NCBI GenBank assembly: GCA_044229845.1
Contig: JBGASG010000001.1
Coordinates: forward strand, 448,001 to 512,000
Direction: 5' to 3'
DNA length: 64,000 nt
Source of the DNA: Candidatus Obscuribacteraceae bacterium
GTDB lineage: Bacteria; Cyanobacteriota; Vampirovibrionia; Obscuribacterales; Obscuribacteraceae
Part shown: positions 9,222-18,823 of the stretch, piece after piece
Numbering within the stretch: the first letter of the stretch is position 1
Layout of the letters: every line of letters begins with the position of its first letter
Notes under the pieces: generated by a model
Database searches by the model: none
Told to the model about the DNA's origin: nothing
What the model saw: the letters and a program-made list of their open reading frames with translations, nothing else
Translations under genes and position numbers: made by a program

Positions 9222-10043
9222 ATGAGTGAGCTGATTTGGCGGCACGGGGCCGCACCGTATCAGGTGGCGGTTATCCATGGCGGACCAGGTGCGCCTGGTT
9301 CGGCTGGACTTCTGGCCCGTGAACTCTCCAAACATCGGGGCATTCTGGAGCCCTGGCAATCGGCGCTTACTGTCGACGGACAGGTCGAAGAACTGTGCGC
9401 GCAGCTGAACAATATGGCGGCACCACCGGTAGTGTTGATCGGTTGGTCCTGGGGTGCCATGCTTGCTCTCTTTTTTGTAGCCAAATACCCCCAGATGGTT
9501 AGCAAATTGATCCTGGTCGGCAGCGGACCTTTCGACGAGCAGTATGCTGCCATAATCCGCGACGTCCGGATGTCTCGTTTGACTGACGAGCAACGGGCGG
9601 AAGCGGACAAAATTACTATCGAACTGGCCGACGAAAAAAGTGAACGTAAGGATGAGTTGTTGGCTCGCATGGGCGATCTGTTTACTCGCACCGATGACTT
9701 TGAACCGGTGGACATGCAGGATGAGCGTATGCAGTGCGACTATGCAGTACATCGCGGTGTCTGGGATGACGCCAGGGCGCGCCGCGAACGCGGAGACTTT
9801 CTGCAAATCATTCGCGGACTGCAATGTCCCGTGGTCGCCTTGCATGGTGACTACGATTCGCATCCGGCAGACGGTGTCGCCAAGCCGTTGTCCGCCCTAT
9901 CCAATTTCCGCTTTCACTTGCTGAAAAACTGCGGGCACAGACCGTGGGTCGAGCGTCAGGCGCGCGACGAATTTTTCCGCATCGTTGGACAGGAGCTGGA
10001 TGAAGTCTTGCCGCCCATTCAGGATGATGCGCTGGCTATCTAA
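9222..10043 (+). CDS. Alpha/beta hydrolase
   Basis: HGGPG, GWSWG nucleophile elbow, HGDYD and CGH.PW motifs. Confidence 0.9.
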   Translation: MSELIWRHGAAPYQVAVIHGGPGAPGSAGLLARELSKHRGILEPWQSALTVDGQVEELCAQLNNMAAPPVVLIGWSWGAMLALFFVAKYPQMVSKLILVGSGPFDEQYAAIIRDVRMSRLTDEQRAEADKITIELADEKSERKDELLARMGDLFTRTDDFEPVDMQDERMQCDYAVHRGVWDDARARRERGDFLQIIRGLQCPVVALHGDYDSHPADGVAKPLSALSNFRFHLLKNCGHRPWVERQARDEFFRIVGQELDEVLPPIQDDALAI

Positions 10044-10104
10044 TCTTTAGAGTCATCACCGAACTGATCGAACAACTCGCTGAGGGTGCCGCTGGCTATG
10101 CCGT

Positions 10105-10665
10105 TCAGACCAGCTTTGCCCGCCGATGCCAGAGTTTCAAGTGCTCCGGCAGGTCCCCGTCCCGCCGCGATCGAGCGATTTCTTGCACGATGGTTCTCTC
10201 GGCGGCGTTGCCGAAAAATCCTGTGTCCCCGGCGAATTTGTTGATGCCTGTGCCGGCTTGCATCGTGAACATGCGCATGCCGCTACTGACGCCCTTGTCC
10301 ACCCAGAAATTGCCGCCCGCTGGAACCGGCTGCATGGCGCTCAGCGCTGCTGCTTTGATGCCTGTTTTGAGAAACGGTGCGGTGCCCGGATATGCCTCGG
10401 CGAACCCGGCTAAACCGCGATTGACACCGGCGGAAAGCAGGGCTGTATCCAGCGCTACGCCGCCAGCCACGCCGACTTTGAAGAGGGTGCTGTCATGCTT
10501 TGCCGGGTCGACAATCTCCAGTTGCGGCAGGTCGACCGGACTGATGTGGTTGAAGAGCTGCGTGATGCCATCGACAGGCATTTCGATGGCGCCATAAAAG
10601 ACACCCTGTCCCAATTCGGACAGACCATGCAGTACTTCCTTGGCACTCGGGAGTTCTAAAGACAT
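10105..10665 (-). CDS. Hypothetical Gly/Ala-rich membrane-associated protein, probably frameshifted near 10170
   Basis: 186-aa ORF. An alternative frame continues as AGALETLASAGKAGLNGIASGTLSELFDQFGDDSKD* to a TAG at 10040. Confidence 0.65.
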   Translation of the reverse strand: MSLELPSAKEVLHGLSELGQGVFYGAIEMPVDGITQLFNHISPVDLPQLEIVDPAKHDSTLFKVGVAGGVALDTALLSAGVNRGLAGFAEAYPGTAPFLKTGIKAAALSAMQPVPAGGNFWVDKGVSSGMRMFTMQAGTGINKFAGDTGFFGNAAERTIVQEIARSRRDGDLPEHLKLWHRRAKLV

Positions 10666-10851
10666 TTAGTAAAAGGTGGGTTGCGAGCTGATGACTGTAT
10701 ATATCGCTGACGGCTCATTTCTGGACAGCGAGCCGCCGGGTGCTCCCGGCTGTCTCCTGGGTCGAGCCCAGTGTTCCTCCCAGTGTCGCCATCGCGGCTG
10801 CCTAATATGCTGAGGCAAAGTTGAAATCACCGGAGTGACAGAGGAAGTACC

Positions 10852-12651
10852 ATGCATAGCTCAACAGACCGCAGCACCGACCGCCCCGACAATAAAGGCG
10901 CCATAGAGCGACTGGAACGGTTGTTTCTCCTTGATGATGCACCGCCGGCGCGGCCGGCTGAAACTGCACAGCCGCCTGCCAATTCATTCTGGGTGGGAGT
11001 TGGAATCACATCGATCCTGGCGATGTCCATTTATTTAGTAGGTCAGAAAGCGCCCGAGATCGAGAAAGTCTGGAAGCAGGCCACGGCATCAGTCTCCAGC
11101 ACAGTGCAGACGGTGATGCCGCCACAAGTCACGAACGGACTGTCGGCAACGCGCACAACTTTAACCGGTGTCGTCGACCCCGAGTCCATGACGGCTGCCT
11201 ACTATTTGTCGACCATTTTGAAAAACAGCAGTTCTACAAATCAGGAAGCACAGATGCGCATCACGTTGCCGGCCGGCGCGGCGGTGACGCGCGCTACTCT
11301 CTGGATCAATGGGCAGGCGCAGGAAGCTGCGTTCACGGATCGCAATTCAGCGCAACAGGCGTTCGACTGGGTCGTGCAGGGCAGACGCGACCCGCTGCTG
11401 GTTAAACAAATCGATGCGCGCACCGTTGAGGTAATCGGCAACCCGGTTATGCCGGGCGGCGATGGCATGAAGATCCGCGTCGGCATCACAGCACCGTTGC
11501 GCCTGATGAGCACAGGCGAAGTATCTGCCGAACTGCCCCAAATCGAATCTCGCAACTTCGCCGACGGTTCTTATGACGTCCACCTCGAGTCGGGTAACGC
11601 GATCATAAGCGAGGGCGCCGATGTCGCGCGCAGCGGCCACAGCAATGTACTGAGGCTGCACAAACAATCTGTGCGCGCCGATATTCCACAGCTGATCTTT
11701 GCGCGCCATATGGGTCCCACTACTTTTGCCACCCGGGCCACACACTCTCTGAATGGCGGCTACATAGTTGCCACCATGAACAGCGATACCCAGACGCACG
11801 AAACCAGACTATCACTGCGCAAGCAATCACAAAAACCCGGCGCCGATATACCGGTTATCAACTCAAAAGATGCTGCGGCTCGCCTTTCCACGCTCTGGGC
11901 CAAAGGCGAGATTGAGCAGTTTACGCAAGAGGGCGATCAAGGCAGCGCCGTTGCTCTCGCTCATGTTTACCGCGTGGTTTCGCCTGTCAGTTCAGCTGTC
12001 GTGCTCGAGCAACAAAGCGATTACGATCGATTTGGCTTAAATCGCAACCAGTGGGAGTCTCTGGGCGCCAACAAGCATAGTGTCTCATCCCGACGCTCCG
12101 CCGGGGACAAGAATATTGTGCGACCGGCGATGGAAGCCCCGATGCCCACCGCCAGTCCGGCGCCAGCCTCGCGGGCGACACAGATCACAGACATAGAATT
12201 TGCGCCGCAGTCCATGCCGGGCGGAAGCGGGCAAGGCTTTATGTCTGAGCAGGGTGCCGCAGACGATAGTATCGCCCAGGCGCCGGTGCCGATGCTTAAG
12301 GGTGCCACCAATGGCAGTGTCGGACCGGCGGCGGCGGCGCCGGCTCCGGACGGTAATGCCACGCAAATCAGTGGGGTCGACGTGGCCGGTACGGTTCGTG
12401 TCGCAGCCCAGAGTCCTGCGACCGTATTTGGCGGGTTATTGATCGCCGGTTTGCTCGGCGTGCTCGGCTATGCACCGGCGGCGATACTGGCAGTGCGCGG
12501 CACGAGACGTTTCCTGCGCAGGCAGGCGGGAGCGGAAAAACTGCTGCTCCTCTGCGCCGGTTGGCTCGTGCTGGCAACCTTTTTGCCTCTGGCAAGTCAA
12601 ATTCTGGCAGCTGCCATGGCAGTTATCTTGCTTGCTCGCAAACGCAGGTAG
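10852..12651 (+). CDS. Membrane-anchored VIT (vault protein inter-alpha-trypsin)-like domain protein
   Basis: QEAQMRITLPAGAAVTRATLWING..QEAAF and RRDPLL; VSPVSSAVVLE..DY.R motif; one N-terminal TM and a C-terminal hydrophobic segment ending RKRR. Confidence 0.7.
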   Translation: MHSSTDRSTDRPDNKGAIERLERLFLLDDAPPARPAETAQPPANSFWVGVGITSILAMSIYLVGQKAPEIEKVWKQATASVSSTVQTVMPPQVTNGLSATRTTLTGVVDPESMTAAYYLSTILKNSSSTNQEAQMRITLPAGAAVTRATLWINGQAQEAAFTDRNSAQQAFDWVVQGRRDPLLVKQIDARTVEVIGNPVMPGGDGMKIRVGITAPLRLMSTGEVSAELPQIESRNFADGSYDVHLESGNAIISEGADVARSGHSNVLRLHKQSVRADIPQLIFARHMGPTTFATRATHSLNGGYIVATMNSDTQTHETRLSLRKQSQKPGADIPVINSKDAAARLSTLWAKGEIEQFTQEGDQGSAVALAHVYRVVSPVSSAVVLEQQSDYDRFGLNRNQWESLGANKHSVSSRRSAGDKNIVRPAMEAPMPTASPAPASRATQITDIEFAPQSMPGGSGQGFMSEQGAADDSIAQAPVPMLKGATNGSVGPAAAAPAPDGNATQISGVDVAGTVRVAAQSPATVFGGLLIAGLLGVLGYAPAAILAVRGTRRFLRRQAGAEKLLLLCAGWLVLATFLPLASQILAAAMAVILLARKRR

Positions 12652-12740
12652 CGCTCCAGCAGAACGCGTTCAGCAGGCGCGCAGGCAGAGAGCGTTAGCG
12701 GACAGCAACAACGCAGTGCTAAACATCCGTTGACGCGGAA

Positions 12741-12768
12741 GGTGACCGATCGATTTCGATCGGTCACC
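12741..12768. terminator. 13-bp perfect inverted repeat between convergent genes
   Basis: GGTGACCGATCGA-TT-TCGATCGGTCACC followed by ACCTTTT. Confidence 0.6.
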
Positions 12769-12844
12769 ACCTTTTCCATCCACGTTAATAAAGGGTTTGC
12801 CCAGCGTTTGGGGGGGCCGCCGGGCAGCGGTTTTGGGCTTAAAC

Positions 12845-13747
12845 TCAGGCAGTTACTTCGCGTGGTCCTTTCAGGTCCCCTTTCCACACGGCTGCGAATC
12901 CGTATTTATTGCCACCAGTCAGGTTGGCGTTGACTTTGTTGCGATCCCAGGTTGTTGTTGTTGGATCTGCCGGGTCGGCGACGACATAGCCTCCCTGGCT
13001 ATCTCTGCCGATGATGTATACGAAATGGTTGGGCGCGTTGAGAATTACTCCTTTTCCTTCCTGCAAAGCCCGATCGAGGTCGGCGATGTTGGTGTCACTT
13101 GTATGGTCTTCGGCTTGTAGACCGTGTTGACGCGCCCACTCGGCCATTTGCTTCGGCACTCCTGGGAACTGTCCGGCAGATCTTGTCGACTTGCCGCCGC
13201 TTTGCGGAATCACTTCATTGATCAGTTGTTGGCGGTTGGCTTCTGTGGGTGCCATCACACCCCAGTCGGCCAGCGCGTTGAGAAACGAGGTCGGTCCGCA
13301 AGCGAACCAATCTCTTCCATTTGGTGCATCCTTTTCTTGTGAGATGTAGAAACTGGATCGAACAGCTTTGAGACGTGCAGGTTCTTGCTTTCCTGCTTTG
13401 ATCAAATCCTGGGTACTGACACCGCGGTCGATCGATGCTACTTGCGTCGGTGGGGCAGTGGTGCCGTCGCCGATCACTCTCTGTTTGGTGTTGTCTGCGA
13501 CAGGCGGATTTGGTGCCGGTTGTACTTCCGTACGTGCGACCGGGGGAGTTGGTGCTCCTTTTGTGCTGGTTTCGTAGTTGGCGGGAGTAAAAACGATCGT
13601 TGACGGCTCAGGTCCTCCGGGACGACGTTCAAAAGTAGCCGAGACTGCTTTTGCGTTTTCCGGTATCAATCCGCATTGAAGATAAGCTTCAACGTCAGGA
13701 TTTACACACGTTTCGTGACGTGCAGAAAGTTGCGTACCTTCGACCAC
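12845..13747 (-). CDS. C39-like papain-fold cysteine peptidase with a low-complexity N-terminus
   Basis: Q...ACGPTS (Cys), NHFVYI (His) and VADP (Asp). Start codon uncertain (GTG). Confidence 0.75.
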   Translation of the reverse strand: MVEGTQLSARHETCVNPDVEAYLQCGLIPENAKAVSATFERRPGGPEPSTIVFTPANYETSTKGAPTPPVARTEVQPAPNPPVADNTKQRVIGDGTTAPPTQVASIDRGVSTQDLIKAGKQEPARLKAVRSSFYISQEKDAPNGRDWFACGPTSFLNALADWGVMAPTEANRQQLINEVIPQSGGKSTRSAGQFPGVPKQMAEWARQHGLQAEDHTSDTNIADLDRALQEGKGVILNAPNHFVYIIGRDSQGGYVVADPADPTTTTWDRNKVNANLTGGNKYGFAAVWKGDLKGPREVTA

Positions 13748-13857
13748 GGGGGTGGCTCCAGTAGATACTTGCGGGGCGATAGATAGAGCGGGGCAATTGA
13801 GCGAGGATCAGAATACACGGCACCCGCCCGTGTGTTAATACGTGTTTTTCCCATGAC

Positions 13858-15456
13858 CTACCTGGCAGGTAAGTTTTTGCGCATGTAGTAAATCGCCTCT
13901 GCCACAGTCATGATGCGCCCTGCGGTCAAATCCTGCTCTTTTACGACCTGCAGAATTAATCCCAAAACACCGCGCTGCAATCCATTTAGTGGATGGTCGG
14001 AATTGGCTGCTTTGGGCGGATTGGTCCACGGGCGGGCGGTAATGCTGGGCCACTCCGCTGAACCACGGGGGCTGTTGCGGTTGAGTGCCGCGAGGAAATC
14101 CGGTGCGGTGGCGTCGCGCGCGGTGAGACTGCCAAGGTTCCATTTCATCGACATGGTCTTAAGGACCGAGTTGTGATTCACCGGCGCGGTGACGATGGTG
14201 CCCGGTTCAGTCCATGCCGAGACGATTACCGTAGGTACGCGCACCCCCAGCCGGTCGAAGCGGAAATCCATCTGTCCGGTGCCTGCCGACGCATCGGGGG
14301 GCACCGCGGGCGGTGGAGGCACGTGATCGTAACAACCTCCATGTTCATCATAGGTGATGATCAAGACGGTGTTCTGAAAGTTGCTTCCTCCGGCGCTATT
14401 GGACGTACGGATTGCATCATAGATGTTGTTGATCAGCTGCTCTCCCGCCAGGACGGAAGAGTTGAGCACGTGTCCCTGCAAAACCGCCGGCGGATGCTGG
14501 TCATTGTGGTTGTAAAACATGCGCGGCTCGATAAAAGAATAGCTGGGCAGATTGCCTGCCGCAACATCCTCGTAGAACTGATCCATTATGTGGAAGTTGG
14601 TGGGCACGTAGGTTTTCAGACGCGGAAAATGGATAGCCGCAGTGACCGGAAAGACATCTTCCTTGTCGTAATAAACTTTCCAGCTTACTTTAGCGGCCTT
14701 CATGCGGTCGAAGACCGTCTCGGCATCGTTGCCTTTCACCCAGTCAGAATAGGGTGCATTGATCACCAGATTAGTCGAAGATGCCGCATGGAAGAAGGAG
14801 CGATTGCAAAAGGTCTGGCTCGGCACGCTGCAAAACCAGTGGTCGAATACGGCAAACTGCCTGGCAAGCGTGCTGAGGACAGGCACCGAATCTGGTGCAA
14901 AACAACCCATGATTACTTTGTATTCGTCGTACAGAGGACGGCGGCCGTAAGTTGCCTGGAAGTTATTGATATAGTCGGTAACGAAACCATCCATAGAGGG
15001 CGCGGCTGCAGCGGTGGAGGCGGCGGATGGCGGCAGGTTATAGGGCGCCGCCATTTGCAATGCGGCCAGCAACCGATTGGTCTCCGGCAGGACAGTGTTG
15101 TAGAGCTGCGTGTTGACGTGAGGAAACTCTTCGCCCGGGTCGGGATTCGGGTGGTCCATGACTTCGGTGATCCCGACCGGCACCACTTTGCGCGTATCGA
15201 ACTGATCGGCGCCGACGGGAATCGGGTTGCTCAGATTACGATTGGCTACACCCTCGAATGGACCATCGTTGTACAGATAACCGAGCATGTTGTCGAACGA
15301 ACGATTCTCAAGCATCAGAACCACCACGTGATCGAACTTTTTCAGCCGATCATCGGTTTTTTCACGACGCTCCCGGGCTTCCGCCGGTTGGCTGTTGCTC
15401 AAAGCTGCGAGAGCGCCGGCTAGCTTTATGAAGGTTCTTCGAGAATACTTAGACAT
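13858..15456 (-). CDS. Tat-exported phosphoesterase / phospholipase C family protein
   Basis: SRRTFIK twin-arginine signal; VVLMLENRSFDNMLG, YDEHGG.YDHV and LGVRVP motifs. Confidence 0.92.
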   Translation of the reverse strand: MSKYSRRTFIKLAGALAALSNSQPAEARERREKTDDRLKKFDHVVVLMLENRSFDNMLGYLYNDGPFEGVANRNLSNPIPVGADQFDTRKVVPVGITEVMDHPNPDPGEEFPHVNTQLYNTVLPETNRLLAALQMAAPYNLPPSAASTAAAAPSMDGFVTDYINNFQATYGRRPLYDEYKVIMGCFAPDSVPVLSTLARQFAVFDHWFCSVPSQTFCNRSFFHAASSTNLVINAPYSDWVKGNDAETVFDRMKAAKVSWKVYYDKEDVFPVTAAIHFPRLKTYVPTNFHIMDQFYEDVAAGNLPSYSFIEPRMFYNHNDQHPPAVLQGHVLNSSVLAGEQLINNIYDAIRTSNSAGGSNFQNTVLIITYDEHGGCYDHVPPPPAVPPDASAGTGQMDFRFDRLGVRVPTVIVSAWTEPGTIVTAPVNHNSVLKTMSMKWNLGSLTARDATAPDFLAALNRNSPRGSAEWPSITARPWTNPPKAANSDHPLNGLQRGVLGLILQVVKEQDLTAGRIMTVAEAIYYMRKNLPAR

Positions 15457-15488
15457 CGGTCGCAGTTTAACATGAGGGAATAACCTGT

Positions 15489-16664
15489 ATGGATACGACT
15501 AAGAGTCATGAAATGCACACGGTGCGCACCGTGCAGCAATTGCGGACGGCGGTCGCGTCTGGTTCTCTTAGAAACACCGTCATTATCGGACTGGACCTGA
15601 CTCACGAGAAAATCCCGGACGACCTCGACTTGCAGGGTGCGGTGTTTCTTGGATGCATGTTTGAAAGTCTTGCTGACGAGTGCGGCGCTCGTGCTCGCGG
15701 TGCTCTGATCTTTTCTCACTTTCGGGACTTGCCTTACGATCCCTATCGCGGCGATCTGTACACTCCCGATGAGTTGATGTCCGGCTATTGCGCAGGGCAG
15801 AAGTCATCGCTTGACGAACGCATTTATCAGCACTTTGTCGATGCCGGCGGACACGACCCGAACATTACAGAGGCGCTCGCTCAGCGCATTCATGATTACT
15901 CGATCGATCGAGCGATCAAAAATCTGCTGGGCTTTGACGAGAAGACAGGCATGCCGCGGCGGCGGGCAGTCGGTTTCATGGGTGGACACGCTATGCGACG
16001 CGATGATCCCTATTATCGACAGACCGCCATATTGGCCAGATTGGTTACCAGGGCTGGCTATTTCGTCGTCAGTGGCGGTGGTCCCGGGATTATGGAAGCC
16101 GCCAACCTGGGAGCTTACATGAGTAATGAAGAGGAGAGCGCGCTTGATGATGCCATCAGGACGCTCAGTCGCGTGCCGTTCTTCAAAATGCCTGACGGTG
16201 GTATCGATCCAGGTTCTATCGAAACCTCTCTGGAGGTGTTGGAGCGGTATCCCAGCGGTGCCGACAGTCTCTCTATTCCGACCTGGTTTTATGGTCACGA
16301 GCCGGTAAATCTGTTCGGACGGTATGTCGGCAAGTATTTCAGCAACAGCATTCGCGAAGATGGATTGCTTGCGATCTCCGTTCACGGAATTATCTATGCA
16401 CCGGGCGGCGCCTGTACGATTCAAGAAGTGTTCACAGATGCAGCGCAGAACCATTACGGCACATTTGACTGGATGAGCCCGATGATTTTTCTGGGCACCG
16501 GCCATTATCTGCAATCGCAGGTCTATTCTTGTTTGACTCAACAGGCTGCCGGTAATGTTTATGCGCAGCTGATCACCATCTCCGACGATGTGCAGAAGCT
16601 GCTCGACTTCCTGCGCAGTCATCCGCCCATTCCCACAGCCAAAAATCCTCTGGCGGCCGGCTAA
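15489..16664 (+). CDS. LOG-family (Rossmann-fold) nucleotide phosphoribohydrolase-like protein
   Basis: SGGGPGIMEAANLG, PTWFYGHEP, KYFSNSIREDGLL and PGGACTIQE motifs. Confidence 0.8.
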   Translation: MDTTKSHEMHTVRTVQQLRTAVASGSLRNTVIIGLDLTHEKIPDDLDLQGAVFLGCMFESLADECGARARGALIFSHFRDLPYDPYRGDLYTPDELMSGYCAGQKSSLDERIYQHFVDAGGHDPNITEALAQRIHDYSIDRAIKNLLGFDEKTGMPRRRAVGFMGGHAMRRDDPYYRQTAILARLVTRAGYFVVSGGGPGIMEAANLGAYMSNEEESALDDAIRTLSRVPFFKMPDGGIDPGSIETSLEVLERYPSGADSLSIPTWFYGHEPVNLFGRYVGKYFSNSIREDGLLAISVHGIIYAPGGACTIQEVFTDAAQNHYGTFDWMSPMIFLGTGHYLQSQVYSCLTQQAAGNVYAQLITISDDVQKLLDFLRSHPPIPTAKNPLAAG

Positions 16665-16665
16665 T

Positions 16666-18084
16666 TCAGGACTCTTTCTCTTTCGGCGGCATCGTCCGTG
16701 GTGGCTGATGCCGACTCTCGCCACCGCTATTGGTGTTGACGTGGTGTTTGCCGCGAATTTCTCTGGCTCGCACCAGCAGTCGGTTCACCTGGCGCAGGTG
16801 ACTGGGGCTGTCATCGAGAACGCCGGCCCAGTTTTCCAGCACATCCGCAATATAAGGATGCTTCGGACCATAGACCTTCTCCAGCTTCGGCAAGAGGTCC
16901 TCGTACAAAGCGGATGCTTCTTCATACTTTTTTGCGGACTGATAGACGGCGGAAAGCTTATAAACGGTTTCTAGAAAGCGGGGGCTGTCGGCGTCCAGAT
17001 TTTTCTCTTCGATAGCCAGGGCTCGTTTGAGCGCCGCTTCCGCTTCCGGCAGCCGGTCCATGTTTTTGTACATGGTCCCCAGATCTTGCAGGCGCTCCGC
17101 GGTGCTGGCGTGTTCGGGACCGCGCGACTTGGTGCACAGTTCTATCGCTCGTTTGTAGACCGGTTCTGCTTTTTCGTAATCGTTTTTTTGCAGCAAGAAG
17201 TCGGCGTAATTGTCCAGGGCGTCGCAGAGTGTGGCGGCGTGGTGCTCCGGGTCGCGATCAAGCAATTTGATGGCGTCTGTGTAATTGACTTCGGCGGCGT
17301 CAAACTCGTACAACGCTTTGTTGACGGCGCCCAGAGCGTTAAGCGTCATAGCTCGATCTTCCAGCGAAACATTCGGATCCTGGCGCTCAATCTCCAGGGC
17401 TTCTTCGATTACGCGTCTGGCGTCGTCGAGGCGGCCGAGCTTTTTATAGAACATGGACAGGTTGTTGAGCACATCCAGTGCGCCGCCTTGATCGTCGGAT
17501 TTTTCGTAGATGCTCAAGCATTGCTCGAACATCTTTTCGGCTTCCTCATCTTTGCCCAGTTTTTGATAGACTTCGGCGAGGTTGTTGGCGGCAATCGCTA
17601 CGTGCGGGTGTCTATCGCCGAGCACCGCCAGACGGATGTCGTAGGCGCTTTTTGCATAAGTTTCCGCTTCGGCGAATTTATCCTGCTCGTACGCGATTGT
17701 CGCCAACGCACTGTAAATGGTGGCTACAGTTTCATCCTGTTCTCCATGTAATCGCGTGGCGATTTTCAAGGCATCAAGGAGGTCGCTGCGTGCTCCCACG
17801 AGGTCGCCGGAATCCAATCTGACTTTGGCTAGAGAAGTCTTGCTGTCTGCTAGCTGTTGAAGAACAGTGAGGGTGCGTTTTTGGTCGCCCGGTTCGATGT
17901 GATTGAGTTCCATCCCGGCTAATTTGCCTGAGAGGTCGAACTCCTTCAAAGCCCGGGCCGTGTCCTTTTTCTGCAGGGCTTTCTGACCGGCATTGAAATG
18001 CTCGCGCCAGGCATCTTGCTGCGTGGTGCAGGCCGTCAAGCACAAGATGCAAGTCCACATAACTAGGGTTTTGGGAGCTGCCAT
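16666..18084 (-). CDS. TPR-repeat lipoprotein (kinesin-light-chain-like TPRs)
   Basis: LTAC lipobox; repeated LG..HP.VA..NNLA..Y units. Confidence 0.88.
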   Translation of the reverse strand: MAAPKTLVMWTCILCLTACTTQQDAWREHFNAGQKALQKKDTARALKEFDLSGKLAGMELNHIEPGDQKRTLTVLQQLADSKTSLAKVRLDSGDLVGARSDLLDALKIATRLHGEQDETVATIYSALATIAYEQDKFAEAETYAKSAYDIRLAVLGDRHPHVAIAANNLAEVYQKLGKDEEAEKMFEQCLSIYEKSDDQGGALDVLNNLSMFYKKLGRLDDARRVIEEALEIERQDPNVSLEDRAMTLNALGAVNKALYEFDAAEVNYTDAIKLLDRDPEHHAATLCDALDNYADFLLQKNDYEKAEPVYKRAIELCTKSRGPEHASTAERLQDLGTMYKNMDRLPEAEAALKRALAIEEKNLDADSPRFLETVYKLSAVYQSAKKYEEASALYEDLLPKLEKVYGPKHPYIADVLENWAGVLDDSPSHLRQVNRLLVRAREIRGKHHVNTNSGGESRHQPPRTMPPKEKES

Positions 18085-18146
18085 TTACGCCGGAGGTGAG
18101 GGTTCACCCCTATTGTAATCGGTTTGGCGGACCCGCACTGCTCAGG

Positions 18147-18560
18147 TTACTTGCCGCCGAACCACTTACGGAATTTGGCGTCCGCGACTACTGAAATTGG
18201 GGAGATGACAAGTTCGAGTGATGCGGTGATTGGATTCTCTTGAAAGTGCTTCTTCACATCGGAGGGCGTGCTCACCACTTCCGACGCCACCTTCGCTCCT
18301 ACTGGTCCTGCTACGGCTCCGCCTACTGCCGGCGCCACTTTCTCCGCGGCTTGAGCGGCCTTTGTAAGGGCATCGATGGCACCAAATGCAATGGCACCGC
18401 CTACGACTGCGTTCTCAGCGGCCCGCACTACGGGAGGCATCATCGCTTTTCTGGCTGCGTCCAGCGCTGCGGCGCCGAGAATCGCTCCCACCTGCGCTGC
18501 CGTTTCTGCTGCGTTATTGTTGTTGCCTTTATCGTCTACATCTCTTATTGGTTCGCTCAT
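18147..18560 (-). CDS. Hypothetical Gly/Ala-rich protein, paralog of 18824-19495
   Basis: Start moved to ATG 18560 (MSEPIRD). Shares the C-terminal motif TP.DV.KH..ENP.T...E.....S.V.DAK.RK.F. Confidence 0.75.
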   Translation of the reverse strand: MSEPIRDVDDKGNNNNAAETAAQVGAILGAAALDAARKAMMPPVVRAAENAVVGGAIAFGAIDALTKAAQAAEKVAPAVGGAVAGPVGAKVASEVVSTPSDVKKHFQENPITASLELVISPISVVADAKFRKWFGGK

Positions 18561-18737
18561 TATGGGTCCATCCTCAGCTCGTATTAATGACAAACCGATT
18601 GCCCAGTTTGATTGCCTTCCCTGGCTGTCTATATTCCGCTGCGCAGATTGTTCGACAGCCAGAAGACACATTAACGAAAGTGTGCACAATTGTGCAGTTG
18701 GTCCGGTGCGGTAGTTGCATGCAATTCCCCAAAAGCA

Positions 18738-18775
18738 GCGTGCAGTAGGGCTCTCGTGCTTGCCCTACTGCACGC
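18738..18775. terminator. 14-bp perfect inverted repeat between the paralogous genes
   Basis: GCGTGCAGTAGGGC-N10-GCCCTACTGCACGC. Confidence 0.55.
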
Positions 18776-18823
18776 ATTGCGCTGCTGACCGCGTCTTGCT
18801 CGCGTCGGCAGCACAGACTCTAC

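Noticed and set aside
14173..15423. 416-aa plus-strand ORF
   Set aside because: Antisense shadow of the phosphoesterase gene, with no recognisable motifs.
15489..16664. LOG/SLOG protein as an anti-phage defence component
   Set aside because: Motifs fit the widespread stand-alone LOG-like family, and no TIR, sirtuin or other defence partners are adjacent.
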